A DNA stretch of 64,000 bases from the human T2T-CHM13v2.0 reference genome, Homo sapiens, in NCBI RefSeq assembly GCF_009914755.1, contig NC_060929.1, one strand, 5' to 3'. Under the pieces are notes generated by a model that was not told where the DNA came from, ran no database searches, and worked only from the letters and a program-made list of their open reading frames with translations. The position numbers were made by a program, and so were the translations under genes. Positions 1-12,530 of the stretch are shown piece after piece; the stretch's first letter is position 1; each line of letters opens with the position of its first letter.

Positions 1-118
1 GCTTTCTGGTAGTCCCTTAAGTTCACCTGCCTTGCTGAAGTTGATTTGGGACACCCATTTGCTCCTTACATTGATGGACTTATTGGACACAGTCTAGGTC
101 ACATGTTCCAGGAAAATG

Positions 119-218
119 GGCCTAAGTATGTCTAACACCCAAAGGTTTCAGGAAGGCCTAAGTATGTCTAACACCCAAAGAATTCAGGAAGGCCTAAGTA
201 TGCCTAACATCCAAAGAT
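119..218. repeat. 36-bp tandem repeat, ~2.8 copies
   Basis: Unit GGCCTAAGTATGTCTAACACCCAAAGGTTTCAGGAA starts at 119, 155 and 191; it appears as a 12-aa repeat (GLSMSNTQRFQE) in ORF 116..370. Confidence 0.95.
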
Positions 219-835
219 TTTGTGAACCCCTAAGTTGGTTAATTCAGGGGTGTCACCACTTGTTTAATAAACTTCAGGACAGTAATGGTTTTCTCAAGAT
301 TTGGTTGACCATTTTGAATCTTCAAAAAATAACAAAACAGGCTGTGTATCAGAATGTTTCACAACATTGACCAAATTCCCAAGTTTGCTGTTCCACTGAA
401 CCAAATGAAACTGCAGCGTATATCTACTTATGAACAGAAGAACCTGCTCATGGAGGTGGCCCCAGAGCAGACAAAACACAAGCTGGCAGACTCAGTGAGT
501 GATTCTTCAGTGAGCACTGATTGCCCTGCCTATCATCAAACTCTGCATTGACACAGTGACCATTGTTGTGATCCTCCAAACAGAAGTTTGGGCATAGAAC
601 AAACACAGAAGTTTAAGGAAGGTCATGCTTGGCCATTTTTAATTTCGAGATCAATAGAGCACTGGCACTCTTCATTGGCAACATAGTGAGTGTCAGGCCC
701 ACGCTTTGAACTGTCTGGCACATCTCTGTGTAATGAGACCTGGTCTCACCAGGGATTAGGTTCAGAAGGTAGCACTTAGCCCAAACCAGCTCTGCTCCAA
801 TTCCGTCAGGATGCACCCAATTTTCCCCTTTGAGT

Positions 836-868
836 CTTTTGTTTTGTTTTGTTTTGTTTTGTTTGTTC
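836..868. repeat. (GTTTT)n simple repeat
   Basis: Read directly from the sequence. Confidence 0.9.
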
Positions 869-2139
869 ACTGGAGAGTGGTTGGGGGAGACAGTAGTAAA
901 AATGAACCTTTGCCTACTTTTTTACACCTTACTGATATGTTAAATACATTAGCATGTATCCATTATTTTGATAAAAAACCAACTTATCATCTCTGAACTT
1001 TAGTTTTCACAACATCTAAATTGTAAAATAACATGGACCATGAAATAAAACCCAAAATGGACAACACTGGTTCCAATGTTGTGAGCTCTTTAGGCAATCC
1101 CAGTTGTCTACATTTGTGCTCCATGTACATACAGCTTTTTTTTCAGACTTGCACATTTCTCTTGCGAGGGGGCAGCCTGCTTTTCTATTTCCCTGGTGCT
1201 TTGCTCATTCTGGATATGCTGTTTTGAAGGCAAAAAGGACGGAGTCTTGGGAACCTCTACCTGCTAGAATCCATGAGGTTGCTTTCTGACATCAAAGTTA
1301 ATTGATAATTGGGTGAATAAGCCATATTAAGAGGGTTCTAGTCTTGAAGGGACTGAATGTATTTGTGGCCGGGAGCTCTCACCTTTGTCTCCTTGAGATT
1401 GTCTATTATTCCCATATTCCCATATGACATGGACACCCTGAAGGAGATTAATATTTGCTACCACTCCCAATGTTGAATGAAGCAGTAAATACAGGAACAA
1501 GCAAAGCTTCGCAGTAGTGTTCTCAGTGTGCTGTGGCTGGAACCTCAGTTACAATGGCCTATAGTGAACCACTTTAGTGTCCATTATAATAAAATAAGGA
1601 CTTCTGGTGAATCTCCAAAGTTTTAATTACACTCCTTTCTCTCTGTCTCCGTAGGGTACTATTAAGTGTTTTCATTCATCCTCTCAGTTTTACTTGGGAC
1701 ACTCATGTGCTATTGTGCACATTGTAACAAAATGTGTGGTCTGCATTGGCAAAAGTATATACGCATTTGGGGTATTTTACATGAGGCTTGAAGCTTTGTA
1801 AGAGGAAGCTCCTCTTACTCTTGGCTTGTGGATACCCAAAGGCGGTGTGTCACTGTGAAAGCCAGAGACGGCAGTCCAGCTGTTGTTGTTGTTCTTTCAA
1901 TACAAAATCTTTTCTTGGCTCCTTTTGTGCTTTATGTAATGTTATTTATAATTTCAAAAATATTGTATACATGTCAAACAATTAATAGAAAATATAAGTG
2001 AGAAATGAAGAATACTCACAATTTCACAAGCCAAGAGAATGATAATAAATACTTTAAAATATGCTCTTCTGGATCCTTTTCTGACATCATATTTCATGGC
2101 TGAATAGAATTCCATGTTAGGAACACATCAGAAGTAAGC

Positions 2140-2365
2140 ATACTGACTGAGAAGTGGTCTTTTGGAGGCAGGCTGTTTGGATCAGATCTTGGTCTTTTTC
2201 TTTACTGTGTATCTCTGGGCAAATCATTTCACTTCTCTATGCTGCAGTTTACTCAACCATAAAGTAAGGTTAATAATAGTTCCTATTGCATAGAATTGCT
2301 GCAAGTATTAAGTGCATTAATACAGGTAAAGTACTTAGAACATGCCAACACATAGCATGTATGAT
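2140..2365 (+). mobile_element. MIR SINE
   Basis: Core ctgggcaaatcatttcacttctctatgctgcagtttactcaaccataaagtaaggttaataatagt...gtaaagtacttagaaca matches the MIR consensus. Confidence 0.85.
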
Positions 2366-2420
2366 GTAATAACTATCGTTTTCATTATTCATATATATAT
2401 ATAATATATTCGCATATTCC

Positions 2421-2723
2421 TTTTTTTTTTTTTTTTTTTTGAGACAGACTCTCACTCCGTCGCCCAGGCTGGAGTGCAGTGGCATGATCTCGGCTTACTG
2501 CAAGCTCCACCTCCCGGGTTCATGCCATTCTCCTGCCTAGGCCTCCCGAGTAGCTGGGACTACAGGTGCCCACGACCATACCCAGCTAATTTTTTTTGTA
2601 ATTTTAGTAGAGACGGGGTATCACCATGTTAGCCAGGATGGTCTCAATCTCCTGGCCTCGTGATCCACCCACCTCAGCCTCCCAAAGTGCTGGGATTACA
2701 GGTGTGAGCCACCACACCCGGCC
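2421..2723 (-). mobile_element. AluY
   Basis: Poly(T) 2421-2440. Y diagnostics caagctcc, ttcatgccattc, ttagccaggatggtctcaatctcc, cctcgtgatcc. Degenerate 17-bp TSD aatatatNNNcatattc at 2403-2419 and 2724-2740. Confidence 0.95.
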
Positions 2724-3074
2724 AATATATAGACATATTCTTATTATTGTTGGACATTCAGGTTCACAGTTGTCTTCTCATAAGTAATGCTATAATAAAC
2801 TTCCTAGTAGTTAAACCTTGAGCACAACCTTATGTCTTTAGGATAGATTCCTAAAAGTTGAACTGCTAGCTCTAAAGGTACATACATTTTGTATTCAGTG
2901 CATTTTGATTACCAAAATGCTTTTCAAGAAGTTTATACAATTTTATATTCTTGTCAGTGGTATATGACTGTCCATTTTGATTTTTTAAAATTACAATTTT
3001 AAATAATTGCAATTTTTGTCAGAGACAAAAAGTTGTATGTTATCGTGAATTTAATATATATACATTTCTTTTAT

Positions 3075-3150
3075 TATTTATTCTATCAATGCTCAGCACT
3101 GCACTCCCGGCACCTAGCATAATATCTGGCACAAAGTAGATGACTGAAAG
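3075..3150 (+). mobile_element. L2 3'-end fragment
   Basis: cacctagcataatatctggcacaaagtagatg resembles the L2 terminus cctagcacagtgcctggcacatagtagg. Confidence 0.6.
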
Positions 3151-3171
3151 GGAAAAAATGTATAGACATTG

Positions 3172-3244
3172 AATATATGTGTATATATATGTATATATGC
3201 ATATGTACATGTGCTTACACACACACACTTGCACACACCCACAC
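3172..3244. repeat. Degenerate (TA)n/(CA)n microsatellite
   Basis: Read directly from the sequence. Confidence 0.85.
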
Positions 3245-5239
3245 TGTACTTGAATTTTCTGTTCTTATTTTCATGACTCATTTTGGCAGTGGATGTGCCA
3301 GAACTTTGGGGAAAATAATGCTTAAGCCAAGTGTGTCAGAGGGTTGTAATAAAGTGAGTCCTGGGAAAGTGCAAATTGCTTTGTAGAGGTGGAAGAGCGG
3401 AACAATGTGCTGTTGAAGGGTCACTAATGGTCTCCTGTATATTGCTTGACTCAAGGTCCATGACAGAACTGGATACCTTCTCTTGTCTTTCAGATTGCCC
3501 ATCACTGGCCAGGCACCAAGGGTTAAAAAGAAATGAATTGAATGAAATGATTCCAAGGGTTTAGTGGTTTCTAGAAAAACTCTAGGTCTTTGACCCAGGA
3601 TGTTTCTAGGACTTAAGTTTTTGTCAGGAGCTACTGGATAAACTGTGGTGAGATGTTTCAGTCTTTTTCTTCAAACTGTGTACATTTTTACTGCTTCCAT
3701 GTTCTTAATATTTCAAAATGAATGGGCACAGAAGAACTAAAAAGGCAGTGTAATTCTGAGGGGAAAATTACAGAAAGGAAAATATATTGTCCAAGTATTT
3801 ATTATAGACTTAAAAAAATCATGCTGTACCTTGTCATATCACTTCAGAAAATATTTGAAATTAATTTCATTTTCCTCCCTATTGCTTCTCAAAAAATATA
3901 CTGCTTTAAACTTTAAGAAATATCCTAATCTAGGGCCATGAAAGAATAGGATAAAAATTTTCAGCCAATTCCAAACTGATCAAACTTGCCCATTCCTTAT
4001 GTAATTGTATTTTGGCCTTCTAGTTATTGAATTTTGCCCCTTTTAGATATTGAATTATAGCCAGCTCCACAGTGAATTACAATTAAAGTTAATAGACAGT
4101 CTTAAAATTAGGAAACCTGGTCAAGTTTTGAAAGGCAGATGCCAAGTAAATGAGGTTTCCAAGTGCCCCTCGCCTCCAGGTATGGAAACATTTTTCATCA
4201 TGATTGTGTTCTGTGGCAGGCCTCAGCTGGGAAAAGTTTTGTTTACAAAAGAAAAGAATAAGCAAGAGTTTCTGAAAGTGAGTAGCTCTGTTGAATTTAC
4301 ATGCAAGCTCCTTACCCGGACAGACAAAACACATCATCTTGTCATTTGTTCTCCAACTGCAGGGACTGTTCTAATATTGTTGGGTTGGGTAGTCAGGACC
4401 AGGCCATTGGCAGCCATCATGTTGGCTGATCACTATGGCAACCTCAGAATGAGCAATTATGGAAAATGCCTTTTATTCACCTTCTCTTTGTCTCCTCCTC
4501 TCCTATTCAACTTTCTCATCCCTAGGCTCCTCTGAAAAACCTACCTAAAGAGAGAAAAAAAATTAACAATACACTGTGTTCTAGGATCATATTTCTTTCA
4601 TATTGGCTGACATCCTAACACCTTGAGCCATGGGCTGTTCAAAAAGGATTAACTGTGAAAGGTCAGTTCTGGCCAATACTGCAGTGAGACTCATCCAACA
4701 GCAATATAAATGTGGTCAAATACTATCCAGGGAATTGAGTGCTTCTCCAGATCTATTCCATCCAGCATTGTTTGGGGGACTGTGTTATGGAAGATGTGGC
4801 CTTTCCAAACAAAGAGAAAGGCAAAATCACTGGAGGGGTTTAAAAATGGCAAATATCTTTTCTCAAATGGAGATAAGCCCTGGACATTAAGAACCTTGTC
4901 TAGTACCAAAAAAAGGCACAGCATCATTTGTTTTCTCAAATGAATGATTCTACTCCTTTTTTTTTGTACTAGATAAGATTCTTAATCAATCTTTCCTGAA
5001 TTGCAGGCTAAGGTTATTTTTGTTTGCTAGTGTTTTGGGTTTTCCCCTTAGATATTTCTAAGTATGACATTAGAACCTCCTGGTTTCATTATGAATGACA
5101 GATAATAAGACTGACCCAAGAAAAGAAGCGGATAATAATTATCAACCTATCAGCAGGAGAAAAAGCCCATGTTTTCCTGATTTTCAGCTTTTTTAATTAC
5201 CAGAAATTCTTCACACCTCCAGATAAAATTGAGGTTCTC

Positions 5240-5693
5240 TTGTACCAGGTCTAGTTTATGACCTTGACCAGATTTGCTGGGTTCTCCCCACCCCGGGGCT
5301 TCAACTGCTTGCTCAGTGGAGTATCCCAGCAGTTGCTGTCTTGACCTCATGTATAAATGCTGCAGGTTGTCTCAGGATCTTCTGGGGTGAGAACTGGGCT
5401 TTAGCACTACCTTCAGCAAACCTGCTGTGTCAGAGCCCAGAACAGATGTGATCCAGTCAAACTAAACTTATGGGTGGCTCTGGCTTCTCTACGACTTCCA
5501 GACTCAGATGACGAGAGTGAAATTTGCCCATAGAATGCAGATAACTCAACTTGGAAAGGGTGGATTTTGATCAGCGAGGGCCAGGAAATGGGAAGGAACC
5601 AGCAGATGAACTCCTTTGCTTTCGTTTTCCTGATGGACTGTTCTGGCATAATATGTACAAGAAGATGTCCCATATGCCTGAAGAACCTGCTAC

Positions 5694-5731
<38 letters not shown>

Positions 5732-5917
5732 ATAGGTGTGTGTGTGTTTTAGGCTGTAGCCAACTCAGAAATTTACCATCTAGTATTTGCTCTCCTTTCT
5801 TCCCGCTTCATTCATCCTTATCCCCTATTAGTGTTGTTGAGGGATTCCACCTTCCAATAAAGCTGACACACTTCATCTTTGTTGCTAGCTCTAATTTTTA
5901 GGAAACCCAGACTAAAA
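5240..5917 (+). mobile_element. Ancient ERVL-class solo LTR (LTR16/LTR67-related)
   Basis: AATAAA (~5856) followed by the typical end ...taggaaacccagactaaaa; internal motif gatcagcgaggg...cagcagatgaactcc...gatggactgttctgg. The 5' boundary is uncertain. Confidence 0.5.
5694..5746. repeat. (TG)n microsatellite
   Basis: Read directly; pure run ~5700-5730. Confidence 0.95.
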
Positions 5918-6029
5918 TGCCATCAATAAGACAGTAGCTGTATTTTAAATTTCTGCATTGTGAGAAAGTACATGTTGCTAAAATACATTAAATTCAATTA
6001 TGTTTTAAAATAAGGTAATAGTCAAAACA

Positions 6030-6112
6030 CAATGAGATAGAATCATGAAATTGTTAATATTTGAGTGTTCTTGACCTACAAAAATGACCATATCATGTGG
6101 TCTAACCTAATA
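6030..6112. mobile_element. MADE2 mariner MITE (~80 bp)
   Basis: atgaaattgttaatatttgagtgttcttgacctacaaaaatgaccatatcatgtggtctaacctaata matches MADE2, including the TIR end ...AACCTAATA. Confidence 0.75.
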
Positions 6113-6127
6113 ATATCTATGCTGGAA

Positions 6128-6315
6128 GCAATGTAATATGGTGGTTAAGAGCTTAGGAGTCATGTTGACTGAGCGAAAAATCTGTTCTGTCACTAACTAC
6201 CTGTCTGACATTGAACAAGTTATTAATTCACTCTAGGTCCAAAATACCTTACTTATAACAAGAGGATAATATATAGGCTGGTCGTAAGAATTAAATTATG
6301 TAACACATACAAATA
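6128..6315 (+). mobile_element. MIR SINE
   Basis: gtggttaagagc...tctgtcactaactacctgtctgacattgaacaagttattaa...gaggataata. Confidence 0.75.
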
Positions 6316-6929
6316 ATTTATAAATTTGTTATTTTTATATAAAATATTTATTGCATCCATAGATAATGTGTCCTGTATACACAAATTTAAGCATCCTTTT
6401 TTAAAAAATCTATTCTGTCCTCCCATGACTTTAGGCCAGGCATCCGTGCCCCGAGGTTGGAAACCATTGACTCAAAACATATTTATATGTCACAGATAAA
6501 CAACATAATGAAAAGAATGTGTTAACAATTACTGTTATGCTTCTACTTCTGCACCACTAATTTCAGTTCTGTGAATTGATTCACTTTTATATATGAATAT
6601 TTAGGATCTCTACTAATTTTCTTAGGTTATTATGATTTGGGTTTCTGTAAATCACTTTCAAAAATATTTAGATGACACAAATTATTTGTCTTAAAAATAT
6701 TAAATTAGGCCATTCCCCACTTTTCCACAGCTACTTTCCTCCACCTCTAGGCTAAATTTAATTTCATTCCTCACTTTATTACTAGATTAACAACAACAAT
6801 GACCTAAGGTAATAGAGTAACACTTATCTCCATGACACACTAAAGAGCTTCTAAGGATCTGATCAGCCCTCGAGTACCTACTGCAGTGTCCTATTGAACA
6901 TTTACCCACTTAGATTAGGACATTTTCTA

Positions 6930-7650
6930 ATAATAACCATAGGTAATATTTACATAGTTCTATATTATTTTCAAAGTATCTCGAATATTACACGAATTGA
7001 TCCTCACAGCACATCTATGACGCTTTAGTCAAGCATTTTAGTTGCAAATAACAGAAACCTATGTCAAACTTTAAGAAAAAGAGGACATTTCATTATCATC
7101 AACATCAGCATCTCATGAAACCCAAAGGCAACTGGCCTCCAAAAAGGCTGGAACAGGGACCTGGAAGGCCAGGAAGTACCAAGGTCAGTATTTTTGTTTT
7201 TTGTTCTACTTTTCTATGTGCACCTGATTCATTGTACCCAAATTTGCCATCAAACCTTCCTAATTTACTTCTCCTGTCATCAAGTGACCAGCCCAGCTGA
7301 ATTATCGTTACTCAGTTTCAATTCCAAATTACCAGGAGAATGTAGCTCTGATCACCCCAATTTGAAAAGTTATCTTTTCCTAGTTCTATTGTCTTTGGCC
7401 AGCAGGGCGGAGCCATCTACCACAAAAATGGCTGCCATGGCTCACCTGTGGGTGAGGGGGCAACTCCAGAACAAGGGAGATGTAATAAGTTAAGCAGATA
7501 ACTCAAAAATGCATCCACTATTTTTGTGGGAATTATAAGTGTTTCTGCTTTATAGATGAGAACACTAAATAAAAGGTTGAATCCTAGGGTGAGGTAGAAA
7601 AATCAGAAATCTACCCAAATATTTTGACTATAAATTTTGTATTTTTTGAG
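6930..7650 (-). mobile_element. MIR split by an MLT1 insertion
   Basis: Left half atttacatagttc...tgatcctcacagca (6930-7020); right half tttatagatgagaacactaa (7520-7650). Confidence 0.6.
7022..7520 (-). mobile_element. MLT1K/L-type MaLR solo LTR
   Basis: Starts ttagtcaagcattttagttgcaaataacagaaacc and ends gcagataactcaaaaatgcatccacta, both typical MLT1K/L antisense termini. Confidence 0.75.
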
Positions 7651-9094
7651 TTCTACAACTTAACCTCCCTGGAAGCTGACATAGAAAGGATCATCAGTAA
7701 AACTACAGCCACCTTAACTGAAGAGGTAATATAATAATATGGATAAGATAATCCACTTAACGTTCTTTGAAAGGGTCTAGAGTTGGGCCTTGAGGAAACA
7801 GACCATGTTTAGTTGTCCAAATCTGGAAGACTGAACGAAGCAAAAATAGTGAAATCTGATGATGGAGAGACAGAAAGAGGGGAAGGCTGTGCTAGAAAAA
7901 GTTAATACATGTCATCATATATTTGCCTTTTAATGGAATCTAATTCAAGAAAACACTACTATTTTGGGTAACAGTAGTTTGTGCTTTCTCCAAACATAAA
8001 CTCCCATGTTTTGGAGATGAAGAGAGTCTAATTCATGTCTCTAAGGCATGGCATCTGATTTCCGTTAAGCACATCGCCTGATTCCTTTGAGCACACAATG
8101 ATCACTTATGAGCTTTGGACAAAGTTCTGGCCCCTCCAGTGCTTATTTTCATAGTTGACATAGACCATACCTACCTGACTTCAAACAATAGGATGACGGG
8201 TTCTCTACAAAAACATCTAGGCAGGCATTTTAGCTGCATAATGCCAAAAAACATCCTGGAATTTGGAAAAGCTCAGCTGATTATTTTAAGTTTTGGGTTT
8301 TCAAATTTTAGAAAGTCTTATTAATACATTCTCTAAGGAAGTGTCCTAATTCATTTTTTAAAATATGCAATATTGTTTGAAACATCTGAGCAACAGCCTC
8401 AGACTTGGTAAGCAAGATTTTGGCTGTCAGTGCTATTTAATTTAGTCCAAACAATATTGGACTAAATTACATCTCAGAGAGTGTATATTTGTGGCGAATA
8501 TATTAATTAATACTTAAAAATTAACTAGTCCTTTAAAATCAGTATGTTTGGTAAACCTATATTTCTCTTGTAAGGATACAAATACACACATATAAGATGT
8601 ATGCATACATACATACAAACATACATGCACATATATACAGGAATTGGCCAAACTCTCTTGGATAGTCAGTGCTAGAGCAAGACATTAGTCCTACATTCTT
8701 GGTAATTAGTTTTCAAATTAATCATGAGTTTGGGCTGCCCTTAAACAATAAGGAAATGTCATCATAACCCCCATCTAGGAAAAGAATGCTGAGTGAAACT
8801 TCTGCTCTCATTTAGGAAAGCCTGATGGTGATTTCTATACATAGAGAGAGTGAATGAAGACACTTGAAGCTGTTAGATTGAAATACTGAAGGGGACAGGT
8901 TACAAGAGCAACCTGCTTTTTGGAGTCTTATACCCTAAGAGTTATTAAAAGAATGCAGCACAATGGGAAAAAAATAAATGCTTTCACAGCAAAATGCTTC
9001 CTAGTGCGACTGAGCATGTCTCAATTTAGCACATAGGCATTATTGATGAAATTTAAAAGGGCAGTACTATTTCAAAAATCCAACATTTTCTTTT

Positions 9095-9318
9095 AATTAA
9101 TATTTTTTTTTACTTTAAGTTCCAGGATACATGTGCAGAACATGTAGGTTTGTTACATAGGTTTACATGTTTGCTACACCTATCAACCCATCATCTAGGT
9201 TTTAAGCCCTGCATGCATTAGCTATTTGTCCTGATGCTCTCCCTTGGCTCGCCCCCCAATCCCACGACAGGCCCCAGTGTGTGTTGTTCCCCTCCTTGTG
9301 TCCATGTGTTCTCACTGT
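9095..9318 (-). mobile_element. Short L1PA8-PA13 3' UTR fragment
   Basis: tactttaagttccaggatacatgtgcagaac...ttttaagccctgcatgcattagctatttgtcctgatgctctccc. Confidence 0.9.
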
Positions 9319-9504
9319 CTTTTTATAAATTTTAAAAAGACTGTTTTTAAAATATGGAGCTAGAAATGTTTCATGTATAATGGCACATCTATGGTTGTTT
9401 AATGAATAAATTGAACAGGTGATAACTTTATGCTTGCCTAACAGTACACAGTTTTCTTTTTATAATCAACATTGATCAGAAGCAACATTAAAACTAAAAA
9501 CAGG

Positions 9505-9636
9505 TTTTTTTTTTTTCGGGGGAACAGAGTCTTGCTATGTTGCCTAAACTGGGCTTGAACTCCTGGGCTCAAGGGATCTTCCTGCTTTGGCCTCCCAAGA
9601 AGCTGGGCCTACAGGTTTACACCATTGTGCCTAACT
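9505..9636 (-). mobile_element. FLAM (free left Alu monomer)
   Basis: Poly(T) followed by a single monomer: gagtcttgctatgttgcc...aactcctgggctcaagggatc. Confidence 0.85.
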
Positions 9637-11559
9637 ATAGTTATTTTTATAATCAATAGTTTACTTCCAATATAATATAACAAAATGGTTGGAGCCCAAC
9701 ATCATACAAGTGATCTTATTAGCAATTCTGTGTACAATGTTTGCTTTTAAGATTTTCTCCTAATTACATAAGATAGATAGCACTGAATGCACAGAAAACA
9801 GTGTAAGTTATGAGGAAAAAACCCACAGCATAAAAAGAATGTTTTTCATTTAAATTGTTTTGCTTTTTAGACAGCTTGACTTGCTCAAAAGCAATAGGAG
9901 ATCCTTGACTTCATTTCTATTTCAAAGCACAATCACCACTTAACATCTGTTTTTTTCTGGGCAGTTGAAACTATCTTGCTGACCGCATGACTGCAGATGA
10001 ATGTTTAAAAAATCATCCAGTAATGTGCAATCTCATTTGAGGCAGGCACTATCCTGTCAATTTGAAGCAATTGTGAATAGTCCTTACTAAATATTTCTAA
10101 TGCCATTTGATAGGTGTCACTGACTTTTAAGAAAACCACTGAGCCACTTCCTTTCCTGACCGTGTTTGGAATTACCGTACACATCTTTTTCCTGGCCTCT
10201 GGCAGAAGCTTGTAATGTAGATAAGTTCATATGGCTGGTTGGAAAGGAAGAAGGTGTGTATTACTAGACCCAGTACAACAAAAGGTGTGCACGGTTTCAA
10301 CCAAAATTAAGAATAGGAGTGCCTTAGAGAGACGCTCCTGAAATTCTTCTACAGACGATACCCTGCTTTGAGGAATAATTTTTCTCACTATTAATGCTCC
10401 TCCTTTCTGTCTCCGTTTCCACCCACACTCCAAAACTGTAGTGAAACCAGTGTTCACTGTAAAAATAGTTATGAGGAAGTCTGAATAGCCAGAAAAGATT
10501 TGAATAAAAGGGATGACGATATGCCTGTATCACAAATGAGATCCTAAAAAATGTTTTTTTGTTTCGTTTTTCCAGAAGCTTCCATATGTGACTACTTTTT
10601 AAATTCTCTCCCATGGACGCATTTATACCTTAAAACTTTGCCTTATCGTTTCCTTGGCTATGGGATGAAAGAGAGTTTCAGAATTCTTTCAACACCTTGC
10701 AGAACTGACATGATGTGTGGTATAGTTCAGGTCTGTATGCCTAAATTAAATTTTGTGTGTTTATAGAAGCAATTATGAACTTTCAAGGTTCTGTTCTTAT
10801 AGAAATACTTAATATAGAAGATGAAAACCTCCTAATCCTTCCTCCAAAAAGAGAACCACTCTCAATATTCACTGCATATCACCATTTCCCAAGCAAAATA
10901 TTTTTTCTATACATGTACTAGCATATATTATTACATCCTCTTTCTACAAACTTATTATTTGATCACAATTTCTAGCAAAAGTCCAGAAGGACAAGACTGT
11001 TTTCACCGTTTTCACATTCTTTTTCTTATGCTTTTTTTCCTTCTTCCTTGATCTAATTCCTTTCTTTAAAGAAGCATGGTCTTTGGTGATGGAGTTCATA
11101 GAAATTTCCTGACATTCTCCAAAAATTCTATTCAATATTAAACTATAGCATTCATAACTAACATTTTTTTCGTTCAGGAGAATTTACTAAATATATTCTA
11201 AGAAAGTTTGCTATAAAGAAAATTGCTGGCAAGTGAAACAATCTCTCTTCTGATTTCCATTTAAAATTAAATATGCCTAACAATTAAATATGTCTAACAA
11301 AGGATTAGAATTTCATAAACCTTTAAAGTTACATTTAAAAGAAAAGGGTTAATTTGTGACTAACGTAATTAACATTAACACTCAATATAACATCATGAAA
11401 AAATATATATTGACCAGCTTAGTTCTATTAGGATTTTTAAGAATGAAATGTTTTTGTAGTTCTCTGCCTAACAGTACTTCCAAAAGCATGGCATAAATAA
11501 ATATTCACAGCAAGTTTGTCCTTTAAAATTTATCATCAACAAAGAAGAAAGTGAGCTGC

Positions 11560-11690
11560 AATAGAAGACACGAGCCCAGGTATCTGTCTTTGGCTCTGCT
11601 ACCAGCTGTTTGCATTTATCTGAGAAAGTAATTGAGTTTCCAAGACTTTGATTTCCTTATCTATAAAATTAAAAGCAACAATTGAATTTG
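11560..11690 (+). mobile_element. MIR/MIR3 fragment
   Basis: ggctctgctaccagctgt...tttccttatctataaaat. Confidence 0.6.
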
Positions 11691-11741
11691 TTTAAAGATT
11701 TTTTGAAACACTTAAATCAGTCGATTACTGACCTTGGTGAA

Positions 11742-12150
11742 AACTGTTAGGGTCATCTAGTTGTTTTAACAAAACATCCCAAATTCAGAGGCTTACCACA
11801 AGAGTTTATTCTGTGATCATTATGTGACCAAATCCAGTGAGCCTGCTCCCGGAAGCTTTCTTCCATGTCTACATTGAGGAACTGAGGTTTCTTACATCTT
11901 GTGGCTCTTTCATTCCCTACACCTTGGATTCCTCTGCACCTGATCCACAAAAGAAAAAGGACAATCACTTAGTAAAAAACCTTTCATAGAAATGGCACAC
12001 CTTATGTTTACTCAATTACAGCAGATTATATTATCCCACCTAGCTGCAAAGGGGACTGAGAGATGTAGTTCCTAGCTGTGCTGTCACTTTTCAGTGACAA
12101 TGCTACATTACGGAAGGTGGAACACAAGTTTCGGCAGACAATCCCACAAA
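11742..12150 (-). mobile_element. MLT1I/J-type MaLR solo LTR
   Basis: gttagggtcatctagttgttttaacaaaacatcccaaattcagaggctta... and cacctagctgcaaaggggactgagagatgtagt. Confidence 0.7.
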
Positions 12151-12530
12151 CACCATCCTAATTAGAGCCAGTGATTCTGTGTAACCGTGGGAAAAGAAAT
12201 AATGGTGTTGGGAAAATTCAGTGAGTACCAGCATACTCGTATGGCTCCTATATTCAAGCAACACCCCATGGCACAGTTGATGGAATAGTTCATTTGCCAG
12301 GAAATATTAAGTTTTATTAATAAACTGTGGAAAGTCAGAATTTGAGCTAATATCTGCCCTACTACAGAATCTGACAGGGTCCTATGCTCTGCAGCATTTT
12401 ATCCATCCAAAAGAGTCCTACCATTTCCAGTAGCAAGGTGCATTGACTCTATTTCCATCTTAAATCTGAAACCATTTCAGCCAGCTCTCTCCAGACTTCT
12501 GGCAATTATGTCTTATAAATTTCCCTGCTT

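Larger units (their letters stand above)
2060..2975 (-). mobile_element. Ancient L1ME-type 3' fragment, interrupted by MIR and AluY
   Basis: L1M antisense motifs tcatggctgaatagaattccatg (~2096), ttggacattcaggtt (~2750), ggatagattcctaaaagttgaactgct (~2841), ccaaaatgcttttcaagaag (~2912). Confidence 0.65.

Noticed and set aside
119-218. 36-bp repeats as a CRISPR array
   Set aside because: The copies are directly adjacent with no spacers, there are no cas genes, and the context is eukaryotic.
4050-4535. 161-aa ORF in unique DNA
   Set aside because: Non-ATG start, no recognisable domain, no flanking splice structure; the length is attainable by chance in 64 kb.
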